Assembly: GCA_964016885.1 (NCBI GenBank)
Contig: CAXHJY010001123.1
Span: 23,580 to 87,579 of the forward strand
Direction of reading: 5' to 3'
From: Eledone cirrhosa
Taxonomy: Eukaryota
Length of the DNA stretch: 64,000 bases
Position 1 is the stretch's first letter. The number at the start of each line of letters is the position of its first letter. The translations under genes and the position numbers were made by a program. The notes below the pieces were generated by a model. The model did not search any database. It worked only from the letters and a program-made list of their open reading frames with translations, and was not told the DNA's origin. Shown piece after piece: positions 27,449 through 42,957 of this stretch.

Positions 27449-28916
27449 ATATATACACATATATATATATATATATATATATACAAACATACATTGATAT
27501 ATAATTAGTGGATTTTAAATTTCAATAAAGGAGATTTGTTTCTATGTTGAAGGACTGGTTACATCAATATTGAAGATGAATTTGAATATAAAACCAGAAG
27601 TCACACACGCATAGATATTTTCGTGATTCCGTACTAACATATTATATAGGCATATTGAGTGCGTCTATTTATTTATTTATATATCTTCCTATTCCACTCT
27701 ACATCTACTTCTAAATATTTCGTAATTTATCCCCCCCCCCCCTCACGCAGGTGCCCACGCATACACTGACACGTGCGTGCACAAATACACGCATACATAT
27801 ACATATATTAAAGTTTTCGTTTCTTTTTGTGGTTATTTCGTCAAAATCACATCTGATCAAAGGTGCTACAGCCATGATCATGTCTTCTATTTAGGTCTAT
27901 CTTGACTATATCATCTAATGTTAACATATTATCTTATGCCACTGATTTGAGAGTGATTTGGCAGCTATTTCTAGCTGGTCGCCGTGTAACCGTATACCTG
28001 TTGGGTAAGATAAATAAAAATAGGTTACACTATGAAATATTGACCTTGAGTTAAACAAAAATAACAATAAAATGTTTGTAAACAAAACCTCCTTTACTTG
28101 GTCGCTTGATCTACAAGAAGTAGCAGCTAAATCCCCTTCAAATCACACCCTGTTTTCGTTAGGAAAAAAGAAGAAAAGTGGAACTTGAACTCAGAATGCA
28201 AAAAAAAAAAAAAAAAAAAAAAATACTAGAAATTTCGCAAGGCATCTCTGCCCAAATCACTTTCCTGGAGTGACACTTTATCGACCTCGAAAAGATGAAA
28301 GGCAACGTTAATCAAAACGAGATTTGAACTCAGCGAGAACAGAGGAACCTAATAAGCAAAGTATTTACGATTCAGTCAGTTCGGTGCAATCTATCTGTCA
28401 GGCAACCGTACAGATTCTTTTTTAATAAATTTCACTCACAAGACTATGTCGAAGCGGCGAGTTGGCAAAGTCGATAGAACGTCGGATAGAATACTTCGCG
28501 GTATTCGTTTCAGCTCTCTAGGCTTTGAGTTTGAATCTCACCGAGGCCAATTTTGCCTTTCAACAACCAGATTTAAAATACGCTCCTACGACTCCACCAG
28601 GAGTTAATGCCCCATGGCATGGCATGTTGTATAAATGAATACATTTTTCACAGGCAAATATAATGATGTATTAATACAGAAGCAACGTCATAACATCGTT
28701 CTAAAATCAATGAAGCTAAAGAGGAAGTTATTAAACCATAGAGGCACCAGACACCGCCATATTCTCTTAATGTAGGCTTCGAAATATCAGCAATTGTTAA
28801 ACTGATAAATATAACATTTTGATAAACGATCTTTGCAAACGAAAGGAAACATTACTGAAATTATACATTCACATTGATGAGCTATTCTTGTATGTATATA
28901 TATATATATATCTATA

Positions 28917-28951
<35 letters not shown>

Positions 28952-29318
28952 CAAATAGAAGTACAGCATAATCAAAGCTCTGGCTGCAGCTAAGCTAACG
29001 AATGCAATTGGCATGTGCGGCTAAGCACTCAATAAGGTATTTTACCGTAGACTAATAATATTACGTTTAGACAGCTTTGCAAATTGAAGATTGCAACCGG
29101 TAAGCCAATCGCAGGGACCAAAGCAATGAGAAAACCAACTCAGGATAATTTGACAAACCTGGACCATGGCGTCGATATTATGCAATACCTCCGCTAGCTT
29201 TCTGTGAATGCGAAATCAACAAAATCCACTTGCGGGGCATGCAAGTTATTGGTTTTGGAAGATCGAACAGAGGATTCACTTTCTCAACAGGTATCCGTTC
29301 TCAGGCGCGCCGGTAGTG

Positions 29319-29399
<81 letters not shown>

Positions 29400-29401
<2 letters not shown>

Positions 29402-29545
29402 ACACTGGTGCGTTATATCCGTAATGGTAGAGCACTCAGTCCATGGGACAAGTTTGGTAGAAGTAGTATCACAACAGTTAGTTCACCATACCCACAACAA
29501 TTGTGCTCTACCACTACGGATATTACCTTCCAGTGTTCTACCTCT
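29400..29545. mobile_element. Fold-back fragment of a dispersed (TA)n-associated family (also 42083-42200, 57190-57290)
   Basis: Shared tatccgtagtggtagagcactcagtccatgggac...acaacagttag; local inversions. Confidence 0.6.
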
Positions 29546-30198
29546 ATACACATCTCCAGCACCGATCAGCAGATTCTTCACCACGTGGGAGTTTTGTTTT
29601 CTACCCTGTGAGCGCTCTCTATATCCTCGTGTCCTACACAACTATATATATATGAATGAGAAAAACTAGAAATATCAAATTTTTGCTAGCTACTTCCCGT
29701 GTTTGTAAAGTGGACGTGCGTAACAAAATGGAAGAGACAACTTACCAATTGTGACCAATCACAATCTATACTTCTGTACTTATCGCCACTCTCATTCCCT
29801 CTAATGACCCACTAACTCAGTGTATTGGTTTCGTGTTTGCTTTCCACTACCTCAACTTGTACACTGATGTATTGTACGTATGCATGTATTTTTGCATATT
29901 TGTTTAAACTTACATATAAATTATCTAATATATTTGACCATAGATTCTTCGGTTGAAGAATGTATATCTTTGTACGTGCATAAATTTATTATATAAACAC
30001 GTCCATCAGCCACTTAACTTCAGTTTCTCCAGAATTTAACAACATAGTACGAGATAATGGATTACGTAATAATTCAGGTTTCGTAGGCAACTAGATAACT
30101 ATTGAAACACGTGTTAGAAAATCTGTTGTATAAATTACTGTTTGATCGAACTTCAACAAATATTGCTTAGTTTTCCCGTTACACGCACACGCACACGC

Positions 30199-30326
<128 letters not shown>

Positions 30327-30329
30327 CCA

Positions 30330-30740
30330 GTGAGTGTGACGGCAAGTTCACACGGGTAAGGTGAGCAGTCGCTGCTTAGGTTCACGTCAGTGGAGAGGTG
30401 TAGAGCTAAACAGGGTGTAATATAATTGATTCTACTTTTGGCACAAGGCCAGCAATTAACCAGTGCATTACTGGTACTTTATTTTATCGACCCTGTAAGG
30501 ATGAAAGGCAAAGTTAACCTCGGCTGGATTTGAACTCAGATCATAAAGGGCCGTAACTCTATGCTGCAGAGCATGGCGTCCGACTCTCTACCGATACAGG
30601 GTGTAATATAATTATACATAGATTTGTTAAGCCTACATTACGTTTATTGATTGGTGACACGCGTTTCGCTATTGATCAACTGAAGGTTCATCTGTATCGA
30701 TCTGGCCCGACTCTGGAATCAAAAGCTCGTCGGAACTCTG
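30330..30740 (-). mobile_element. Probable pLTR with long-stem-II degenerate HHR (second copy ~46420-46640, +), interrupted by a SINE
   Basis: CCGACGA-gcttttgatt...gatcaatagc-GAAA-cgcgtg-TC; matches 46420-46640. Confidence 0.55.
30428..30595 (-). mobile_element. tRNA-derived SINE with 18-bp TSD
   Basis: TSD acagggtgtaatataatt at 30410-30427 and 30596-30613. Confidence 0.9.
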
Positions 30741-30960
30741 GTGTTGTAATGACAGAATGAACCATTATATAAGCTTCTTCTCGCCATTTTAGAACATTAT
30801 CAAATGTTCTACGATTATGCATAAAAGTTACTACGTTAAGCTAAATATAGGCATAATTCTTCTCTATTCTGTCCGCCGTGGCTGTGGGGAGGCCACCAGT
30901 ATGATTAACTGGACTTGTCATTTTATCAGTCAGATGTTCCAATGATTCTCTATATATTCG

Positions 30961-31270
<310 letters not shown>

Positions 31271-31489
31271 ATATATATACATGCATGATTAAATTGTGCC
31301 TTGAAATCAATTAGTTTTAACCCAATATACATATACATTAATCCCGTTAGCTTAAATGAACCTTAAAAATCAGGAGTTCCCAACCCCCCAGTGTGAACCT
31401 GTCTACAGAGACTTAGCTTGAATTCTTGTGGTAACCTCATACCGCAGGGTTCTGCAAAACACAACATAACCCTCTCTGTTCAGGGTACG

Positions 31490-32175
31490 TGAGACCGCCT
31501 GTGAGACGTGGGACGGCTGGGACTTAGCCCAGTAGACGTCCCTCCTCCTTCTCCCCTTGCTGACGTCAAGTCCCTCCAAAGCATTTGGGATGCCATTCAG
31601 TGCAGCCTGGCTTCAGACAGGCTCACACGCCAGCTCGACCAGCACCACCTTGCCTGTTTTCGCACGGCCTCCAAATCCCACAGTGGTGCCTGCCTTCATG
31701 CCTTGCCCTCCTTCTCCACTGGCACATAGCTAGACAACAATAGCCTGCCCATCGGCGTTTCCTTGAGGCTCGGACTCCAGATCTGCGCGCCACACCAATG
31801 TCGCTGTGGATCCACCGTGGACTCTTTCAGCCTCCACCCGCTTTCCTGTCTCCACAGTGCCGGCCGCCTTCCACGCCATGCTGCCCTCAAAGAGGTCATA
31901 AAACAAGCATGGCTTTGACGCTGTAGGCTTCCCTTCCCAGCTCGAGCCGGTGGGGCTGGACCGAGAGGACGGCAAAAGGCCAGATGGCATGACCATCTTC
32001 CCGTTCCGCGGTGGCAAACCCCTCGTCTGGGATGCCACTAGCACCGACACTTTCTCCAGCCGCAACCTGGTGCAGTCTGCGACTAACCCAGATTCTGCTA
32101 CCCGTCGATCTGAGGGGGCCAAACTCTTCAAATACCAGTCGCTCTCCGAGGTTGTACCCTTGCAGGCGGAGACTG
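31490..32175 (+). pseudogene. CRE-clade non-LTR retrotransposon C-terminal fragment (CCHC knuckle + restriction-like endonuclease)
   Basis: SGA.L.ALP, LRLG, HQCRCG..VD...H.LSC, RHAAL, EP.GL...DGKRPDG.T..P...GK.LVWDAT..DT; stop and frameshift present. Confidence 0.8.
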
Positions 32176-32700
32176 GACGAATTAAATACAAAAGAACTTC
32201 AGTCCAAAAATGTCAGTCCAAACAAGCTATTTCAAATTATATACTTTAAAAAAAAAAAAAAGATTTGATCTCAGTTGAAAAAACTTTTCTTTTTTAAAAT
32301 TCTATATTTCACTGTTAGCTGTTGTAATATTTTGAGTGGATAGACAATTCTACATTTCAAACTGTTAAGTCAAAATACAAAAGATGCAAAATATGAAGAA
32401 TTTCTTTCCTCTCTTTGAAATCAGAAAACTCAGGGGAAAAATAATACCTTGCAAAATAAAATACCTCGTAGCAAAATAAAATACTTAGTAGCAACGAATG
32501 AATTGAGAAGCTTGGTGACAGTGAGAAAGCCGTTATATATATATATACATAGATATATACACACAGATAAACGCGGACGCACACACATACACACAAACTT
32601 GTGTGTGTGTGTCTTGGTTTTGGAACAGAAAGGATTTTGCATCCAGTTTTTATTGCCAGGTCTAAGGCCACTGTTCTTTTCAACAACGCCAAATAACAAC

Positions 32701-33218
<518 letters not shown>

Positions 33219-33352
33219 ATATATATATATATATATATAAATAACTGTTTCTATTTTAGGCACAAGGCCAGCAATTACCCAGTGCATTACTGGTACTTTA
33301 TATATATAAATAACAACGCCATATATATATATATATATGGTGTGTTGTTATT

Positions 33353-33449
<97 letters not shown>

Positions 33450-33450
33450 T

Positions 33451-33504
<54 letters not shown>

Positions 33505-33912
33505 AAAAAATAAATAAATACATACATAAATACATACATAAATAGATAAAAGAATGAATGAGTAAAAGAAATATATAAAAAAGAAAATAGCTCGCCAAGT
33601 CATGACTTGGCAAGCTATTTAGAACACTGGTTTAACCGCTTTACTTCCCTTCGAAGAAGAGATATTATCTCGAAAATTAAGGACATTTAAATAAATCTAA
33701 GGTAAAAGACTAATTGTCAACAATATCTTTTGCATTTGCATTTTTAGTCTATGTCCAAACCAGCATTGTTTGGCTTTACAAATTCAAACCGTTTATACCT
33801 CATTACACAATGCTTCAAGTGAACTATAACTTTCTCCTATATATATATATATTTATATTATTCAAAATATTAACAAATGAAAGATATTCACATAATCAAA
33901 ATATATGCTTAA

Positions 33913-33968
33913 TTATATATATTTCAAAGGTACTGTATTGTTTTTTTCAGTACGTCTTCATCAGATAA
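33913..33968 (-). ncRNA. HHR motif in a probable PLE 3' end
   Basis: ttat-CTGATGA-agacgtactg...cagtaccttt-GAAA-tatat-ataa. Confidence 0.55.
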
Positions 33969-35147
33969 AAGATATGATTTGATATATGACATACCGCTAC
34001 GGTCTTGATTATACAATTCCAGTATTGGCAGTGATTTATTTCATCAAATCTCAATGTTTATATACCACAAAGTATGATAAACTTAAGTATGATAAACTTA
34101 AAGAAGAAAAGGACGTAGAGCAAATTCGAGATATGAGAGAGGGTGTATATAAGAGGAAAGGCAAGAAAAATAAGTAAATACATACATAAATACATACATA
34201 AATAGATAAAAGAATGAATGAGTAAAAGAAATATATAAAAAAGAAAAGAGGAATAACGACAAAAGATGGAAAGTGTAAGGAAAGTAAAGGGAACAGAGGG
34301 GGGGGGGGGGAAAGGAAAATAAAGAAAAATAAAAGAATCATCAAATAGAGAGGGATAGAGAAAATAACCGTTGTTTTCAAATGCTAGATCAAATAGGACA
34401 TCCAATATATTCTACTAAACAATTGAATATCTTAGTATTTGATTATGCATTAGCTAATTATACTTATATATTATATCAAAAGTAATCAGTATAGATTATT
34501 TTCTATAGCAATCTATATAATTTAATATAACACATTATAGATTATTATTTTTAATTTTAAGGTAAGATATTCTATAAATATTTTGTTACAACTTTAAAAG
34601 AATTAATTTTTAAAGCGTATTTAACCAATTATTACATATGCATTAAAATATAATACCATACATAAATCAGCATATAATATATTTAGAAAATATATTACTC
34701 AAATTATTTAATTATGATATTCTCTTTATAAAATCTTCACTATTTTTTAATTTTCATTTAATTTCTAGGATTAAACTGCAGTTACATTTACTCGCAAAAG
34801 TTTAATTTCATTAATTTAATGAAAGGTTATATTTACTTCTGTATTTACTAATTTTGATATTTAGTTTAATTTTAATGATAGTCTGTATTATTAGTCTACA
34901 TATTTCAAAACTAATATAATTCAGCAAGCTAGTCAAAAAGAAAGGAAATTTTTACGGACAATGTAAACAAAAGGAAGATGACTCATTCACCATATACAAA
35001 CATTTATAACATATCCCTACTCACACATTCCGCGATATTTCGAAAACCATAAATCACTTAAATATAAATCCATGTATATATACAAATTTATAAATGCATA
35101 GTTATATACATACGTAAATGTATGTATGTATATATGTATGTATGTAG

Positions 35148-35202
<55 letters not shown>

Positions 35203-35380
35203 ATAATAATACATTTGAAGACTAAAATCCAAAGAGGGCTCGATAAGGATAAATATATATCAAATATATAAGAACCGCAGAGCAATATATATATATATAT
35301 ATATATATAAATCTACATACATACATGATGGCTGCCCCCTCGTTATCGAGTATGGCCATTGCACGAGAAAAAAAAAATAT

Positions 35381-35412
<32 letters not shown>

Positions 35413-35582
35413 GTATACATATACATACACATACATATATATTAATAGCAATAATAATAATAATAATAACAACAATAATAATAACGACAACAACAACAAT
35501 AATAATATACATATATATATATATACACAGACACGCACACACATAAACATATCTATACACACACACACACACACGATAGCAA

Positions 35583-38556
35583 CTAACAGCGCTGCGATTG
35601 AATGTGGCTTTTTAGCCCAGCCAATGATCTAAAACGTCTTGCACAGAGTCGGCAACCAAAACATTCACTGGAAATAGCCAGCTGTGGTTGGAGTTCGTGT
35701 ACTTTTGCATGTCGTTTGAGCCCTCCTGCTGATTTACATTCTCTACCACATGTTTGGCAAGCATGATGAGTAGCATCTCCAACAGCAGCCTGGTAGTCAA
35801 CCACTGGTCTTACTTTATGACTGCGAAGATGACTTTCGAGTCCAGCTTTGCTTAGGCAGAGTCTCGCACAGACGCTGCATGTCAGCACCATAGGAGGACC
35901 CTCGCCGTCTGGAAGTGCAACAGCAATGCCCTTCCTCACATCTCGCTTTACTTTCTCGTATGCGATTCGAGATGCCTCAAAGGCAACTTTTCCCTCATAT
36001 ACAGTCTTTCTCCATTTATTACGATCAGCAACAATATTTTCCCATGTATCAGCAGAGATGTTAGCGTCTTTCAAAGAGGCTTTCAAGGAATCCTTATATC
36101 TCTTTTTTGGTTTATGTGGCGGTCGTTTTCCTTTAACTAACTCTCCATAAAAGAGTTGTTTTGGTATTCTAGAATCCTTCATCCTGGCAAGGTGACCACT
36201 CCAACGGAGTCGTTGCTTAAGCACAAGAGCTTCTATACTGTCACACATAGAGCTTTCCAAAATCTAGACATCACTGATGTGGTCTCTCCAGTGAACGCCA
36301 TGGATCCGTCTGAGACACATCTGTTGGAAACGCTCCAATTGCTTAAGGTGGTGTCGATATGTGACCCAGGTCTCGCAGGCATAAAGAAGACAAGAGAGCA
36401 CACATGCCTTGTACACCTTTACCTTTGTCTTCTTGCATATGTCTCGCCGACCCCAGAGTTACCTTTCTAACTTTCCGAAAGCATCACTTGCTTTCCTAAT
36501 CCTAAGTGAGATTTCACTATCAAGGTTGACAGTGCTTCCCAGGTAGACACACTGATCAACCACTCCAAGTCGTTTACCATACACATAGATATTTGGTTCA
36601 CTGTACTGCTTGCCAGGGGCAGGTTGGTACATGACGACGGTTTTCTTGAGACTGACAGTCAATCCTAGGGCAGTGCAAGCGTCAGAAAATGCATTCAAAA
36701 TGTGCTGCATATCACTCTCTTTGTGCGCTACACGATCGCAATCATCTGCATACAAGAGGTCTCTTATGATTGTAATTATGTAAATACTTTTGTCTTTGCA
36801 GCAAAGCGCCTGATGTTAAATATGCTGCCTGAGGTTCGATATCGGATTTAAACACCATGCTCGCAATTGCTGAATGCAATACAGAAAACCATTGCAAAGT
36901 ATATGGCAAACAGGGTCGGTGCTGGAATATCCCCCTGTTTCACTCCATATTTTACTGAGATAGGCTCCGACATGTTACCTCCGACATTAACCCAAGCCTT
37001 TATGTCGTCATGGAAAGACCTAACTAAAGCAAGGAACTTATCAGGGCAACCAAGTTTCTGGAGAACCTTCCATAATGCATTTCTGTTAACAGTATCGAAA
37101 GCTTTTGTCAGATCGACAAAAACCTGATACAGATCCAAACCTTGTTCCATGCACTTCTCCTGGAGCTGTCTAGCTGAGAAGATCATATCAGTAGTGCCGC
37201 GTCCAGCACGAAAACCAGATTGACTTTCAGGAAGAACACAATCTGCAATGTGTGTCAGCAGACGGTCCAGAAGCACCCTACATAAAACTTTCCCTTCGGC
37301 AGAAAGCAATGATATATCTCTGTAGTTCCCACAATCATTCCTGTTACCCTTTCCCTTGTACAAAACCACCATTACTGCATCTCTCCAGTCCTCAGGTACG
37401 GATGCATTAGCCCATATCCTGCCAAACAAAGAGTGAAGATGTTGCAGGAGTCTCTCACCACCATATTGTAGGAGCTCAGCATGTATGCCATCCATACCTG
37501 GAGACATTCCACTGTTCAGCTTCGAGATAGCCACTGCAACCTCCACAAGTGTCGGAGGTTCTGCGAGAGGTACTTTCACAGGACTTTCTGGAATGAGATT
37601 GAGGAAATCTTCATTGATGACAGACGGCTGATTCAAAAGATCATCAAAGTGCTATCGCCCCCTTCGTAGAATTCCTTGTGAGTCACGAAGAAGTTCTCTG
37701 CCATCCTTGCTGCGAAGCGGTGTCACCAGAGAAGAAAACGGTCCATAAACTTCCCGCAAGAGACTGTACAACAGCTTTGTGTTATTGGAATCTGACGCAG
37801 TTTGTATCTCCTCAGCCTTCTCACTCCACCACTGATCCTTCATCTGAGAAAGACTCCGCCTAACACGTGATTTTACATCCTTGAGTTCCTCATGCAACGT
37901 ATTCCTCTCCTGTGGTTTTGCCGTCAAGTAGCGTGACAGAGCACGCCTCTTATCAGCCAGCAAGTCTTCTATATGTACATCATTCTCATTAAACCAGTCC
38001 TGATGTTTTCTCTGCACCAATCCCAGAACACGCCTGCCTACATCATAAACCGACTTTTTAAGAGTCGGCCAATCCTCACCAAGATCTGCAGCCTGCATCT
38101 CTTCTCGCAATGTCCTCTTCACATTTTTATCCTTAAGACGAGCAGCATTCAATCTTTTGGGCAGGGGAACACCAGGAGCCCGGATTTTACGTTTAGTGAT
38201 TAGTTTCCCTTTTGCGCGTACCAGGCGAAGAGCACGAACACACTGCACATCCTGTCTGTCACGCATCCTGACTAGGACGTAGTCCAAAAGATGCCATTCC
38301 TAAGATGCAGGATGCATCCATGTGGTCTTAAATTTGTTCTTTTGTTGGAACATGGTGTTGGTAACACACAGATCCAGCTCCTCACACATCTGCAGCAGGA
38401 GCATACCATTGTTGTTACACTTCCCCACCCCATCCCTTCCGATTACATTCCATGTGTCAAAATCCCTACCCACTCTAGCATTAAAGTCACCAAACACGAT
38501 GACTTTGTCTGCCTGAGGGATATTTCTTAAAACACCTTTCAAGGCATGGTAAAAGG
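35583..38556 (-). mobile_element. 5'-truncated, decayed RTE-clade LINE (APE remnant, RT, C-terminal C2H2 fingers)
   Basis: GDFNARVG, TTWMHP, DYVLVR, SPGMDGI, GNYR.ISLLS, ESQSGFR, FVDLTKAFDTV, GVKQG, YADD, RLRWSGH..RM...RIPK; several frameshifts and stops. Confidence 0.92.
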
Positions 38557-39659
38557 ACACATACATACATACATATATACATACATTTACGTATGTATAT
38601 AGCTATGCATTTATACATTTGTATATATACGTGCATTTATATTTAAGTGTGTAAGGATGTTGACATGATTATTTATGTTTTTTTTTATCTTGGTACGGAG
38701 AAAATTCTGTCTCCAGATTTTATTACCTAGGGAGATTAAATACCACAGCTTGGGCTGAAAGCTGACCAGATTCTCAACCTCATCAAACACTAACGCAGGC
38801 CTGTGTGTGTATATGTGTGTGTGTGTAATGTATGTATGTATGTATGTACGTATGCATGCGTGTGTATGTTCGTATGTATGTATACACCCGCACCTTTCAT
38901 CACCATTGTTTCTTTTTGTTGTCATTTCTGTTGAAGTTGTTCTTGTAACTGTTGTAAAAGTTGACATCCTTATGTTCATTTTCTTTGATTTCTTTTGTTT
39001 TTCTTTTATCTCCCTAGGGAATTCGTTGACAAGCTTCTTTTATTTATTTTCTTCGCTTTCTTCATTCAAATGCATTCACACTGGTTGTCTAAGAGACGGA
39101 CAAATATGACTTATAAAAATTACCAAACTAAAGGGGCTTCGAGCCCCCCCCCCCGGCGGGGGGGGGGGGGGCAGGCATGTGCCCCAGTTGAGAACCTTTG
39201 TTCTAGTACAATCTCATGCAAAAATACATTAGATAATGTCATTCTGCTTCACATTTTCTTTCTATCCCCTTCCTTCTCTTATACCGTATGGAAACAAATT
39301 GCTTTCTGTCATGTGATCTGGTTTTTGATTTTTGCTTTTACAATCTAAGAGTCGTTTCCAGCACGAGATCGCTGTCGTTATTCCTAATGTTCTAGGAATT
39401 AACTGAAGAAATAACGCTAAAGATAATAAATTTAATTAGATATACTGCTGACATTGATTCATTGTTCAATAAAACTGTCATCTGTCGTTTGAATTCCACA
39501 TCAGTAACTGAAACACTGGATACTCTCAGTAAAAGAGGTTGGATAATGATGTACTTTAGAGGGGGGTCTTTGCACCGTACAGGAAAAACAAATAACCAAA
39601 CAAATAATGGTGTTTTAGTAGAAGTCAGGAAGGAAGAAACGAATAAAAGAAGAAATAAT

Positions 39660-39849
39660 AATTGTTTCTACTTTTGGCAAAAGGCCAGCAATTATCTCAG
39701 GGTATTACTGGTACTTTATTTTATCGACCCCATAAGGATAAAAGGCAAAGTTAACCTCGGCAGGATTTGAACTCAGATCATAAAGGGCCGTAACTCTTTG
39801 CTGCAAAGCATGGCGTCAGACCCTCTACCGATACTGCCAATCCACCGCA
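39660..39849 (-). mobile_element. tRNA-derived SINE, full length
   Basis: Reverse complement of the 15752 family. Confidence 0.88.
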
Positions 39850-40008
39850 TTAAAGAATAAATAATAATAAAAACAAGATAGAAAGAAGGAAGGAGGGATG
39901 AATAAGGGAAATATGAAAATAAAGTGTGAAAGGAAGAAACGAAATAGCTAGTTCGGATCTAGCTGTCGAAACGGCCGGAGCTCAGCTACCAGGGTCCTGA
40001 CTCTTTTC

Positions 40009-40085
<77 letters not shown>

Positions 40086-40127
40086 TATGTACACGTACAT
40101 ACATATATGTATGCAGACGTACAGTAG

Positions 40128-40163
<36 letters not shown>

Positions 40164-40349
40164 TATGTACACGTACATACATATATGTATGCAGACGTAC
40201 AGTAGTATGTATATATATATATATACATACATGCAAACATATATATATGTACGTATGGATTCACCTAACATTTATTATAATGCTCGGTGTGTTTGTAAAC
40301 AAACATCCTGTATTAAGCCGTAGTGTCCAGCAACCATCGTTGCTCATTT

Positions 40350-40500
40350 GTTCAACACTGACAAAGGAACGCTGTACTAGTTTAAAGCTTATTAGCTATC
40401 GTCAGCAACGTATACCTTCCTGCCAGATTGTTGAACATATATTGCTGACGATAGCTAATAAGCTTGAAACTAGTACAGCGTTCCTTTGTCAGTGTTGAAC
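40350..40500. mobile_element. Fold-back pLTR fragment with two HHR copies (40370-40410 -, 40440-40480 +)
   Basis: (cg)ttg-CTGACGA-t-agct-aata-agct-t-GAAA-ctag-TA-cagcg; ~60-bp inverted arms. Confidence 0.8.
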
Positions 40501-41091
40501 AAGGAGAATCGACGTGTTACAAGGCGATATAATTGGAGTACACCATCCTTCATATGGACTATCATACATGTAAGGCTACACCACTGCTAACCAACTATTC
40601 TTTTCACAGGCTCATGCTTGCAAACCCTATTGATATGCCTGTACACCCTCTTTTTGCACTGCTTGTGCTTTGATGCATCTATGCATTGCTTTGTCTTATA
40701 TTTCTTTGGGGTCTCCGGGCTTTTTGTTCCTTTATTGTTTTGTATTTTTATATTTATCTCTTTTATTATCCCTGTATTTTTGCACTTTTTTTATTATTTT
40801 TTTTATTAATTTCTTATTGTTTCTGATCATTCTGAATAATACACTCACTCTTTCCTTGCTACCCTCCCCCAACCTCTTTATCATCTATTGCACCATTTAA
40901 GTGATACATTTTTGGTGTAATTTTTAATTTTTAATTTTTAAATTTTTAAGACATTTTATGACATTATGTGCATCATGTATTCTGCCTTTTTCCATATAAC
41001 GCTGGCCTCGGGACCCCCTGCTGGTCCTTTAACCTTGTTCTGGTGACGCATCTCGAGGGAGCATACAACCACTGATATACTCATGTTTATA

Positions 41092-41138
41092 GGCTCCGAT
41101 GATTCCTGCCATGGTGTATGGATGAAACACTGTTAGCT
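41092..41138 (+). ncRNA. HHR motif near the 3' end of a probable PLE UTR ending in (TA)n
   Basis: ggct-CCGATGA-t-tcc...gga-t-GAAA-cactg-TT-agct. Confidence 0.62.
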
Positions 41139-41182
41139 AATAAAACAATGTATTTCTAAGTACTCTTGGTTATTCCTACAAC

Positions 41183-41213
<31 letters not shown>

Positions 41214-41288
41214 TTATTTATTTATTAAAATAACAGATTTTTCCTTATCGAGCCCTCTTTCGATTTTAGTCTTCACATTTATTATTAT

Positions 41289-41359
<71 letters not shown>

Positions 41360-41623
41360 CCCTATCAAGCCCTCTTCGGATTTTAGTCTTCACATTTATA
41401 ATTATTACTATATATATATATAAATATAAGTATGTATACGTACATACATATATGTATACAGACGTACAGTAGTATGTATATATATGCACATATATATATA
41501 TGTATGGGTTTACCGAACATTTATATAATGTTCGGTTTGTTTGTAAACAATATAAGTATACATACTTATATTTAAGTATCAGCCGTACTAAGAGTGAGAA
41601 ATGAAATTTCGTTTTATTCATTT

Positions 41624-41669
<46 letters not shown>

Positions 41670-42012
41670 GAATAAACAAGAGAGATGAACACTAATATAA
41701 ACATACATGTGTTCGAATCGTAAGGACCAAAATTTGCTAGGGTGAAAAAGAATACTAACTACACCAATATAGTTAGTTATCCTTAACTTTAAATATTAAA
41801 TTAAGAAAAATTAAAAAAAATAACAGACCTATATTGGGCAAAAATGCCTAGTAACAACTAGACAGCGTTAGAGACTGTTCCGCAACGACTTTTTAAGTGA
41901 AGTTCTCACGTTTCTCTGCTCCTCAGTAGCTGTTGAGAAATTAATAAATATAGTAATAGGTTTCAGAAGAAGGGCGAAACCAGCAATGCTTTGCTTAAAC
42001 ATTAATCTGATA

Positions 42013-42083
<71 letters not shown>

Positions 42084-42572
42084 TGGTAGAACACTGGAAG
42101 GTAATATCCGTAGTGGTAGAGCACTCAGTCCATGGGACGGGTTAGGTAGAAGTGGTTACACAACAGTTAGTGTGAATTAACTGTTGTGTAACCACTTCTA
42201 TATATATATATTGCGAGATGTGGCCAGCCCATCTGTGTTTGTTCGCGTTGATGCTTGTTATTATGTCGCTGACTCCAGTTTGTTGTCGGATCCAAGTGAT
42301 GCACTCCATCTTTCGCTGTAAGAAATTAGTTGAAAGTAATTAATTAAACAAGTAGGTAATTGCTGAGTCAAATTCGGTCGCGTGATATTAAACATTACAA
42401 ATTACATATGAAATATAATCTGTATAAATAAAAGTCGTATCATGTCCGTCCGTGTGTCAGTCCGCTCGCGAGTTAGAACGAAGGAAGGGGTATGGTGAAA
42501 ATTTCTCCGGCGAAAAAAAAAATCAGCGTTTCAACTTTTACATACAGCTTTGTGTGAGTATATCTATATCTA

Positions 42573-42625
<53 letters not shown>

Positions 42626-42880
42626 CTATATCAGCCTGTAGGTTGAGGAAAAGGAGGAGGAGAGGAAAGGAGTACAAGCTCTTCGTACTCCTGGAGATGA
42701 GGGTTGCACATTTTTTTCGGGGGTCTGTGTTACCCATATAAACTGTCTCCCTCTATTGGGGAAAATCGACTAACTTTTAAATTCCATCTGTGATAACATT
42801 TTACACGTTTTTATTGTATGTAAACTTCCCCCTTTGTATTTGTCCCCTTCTTTTGTGCCCCTGTGGCTAATAAAGAAATA

Positions 42881-42955
<75 letters not shown>

Positions 42956-42957
42956 AT

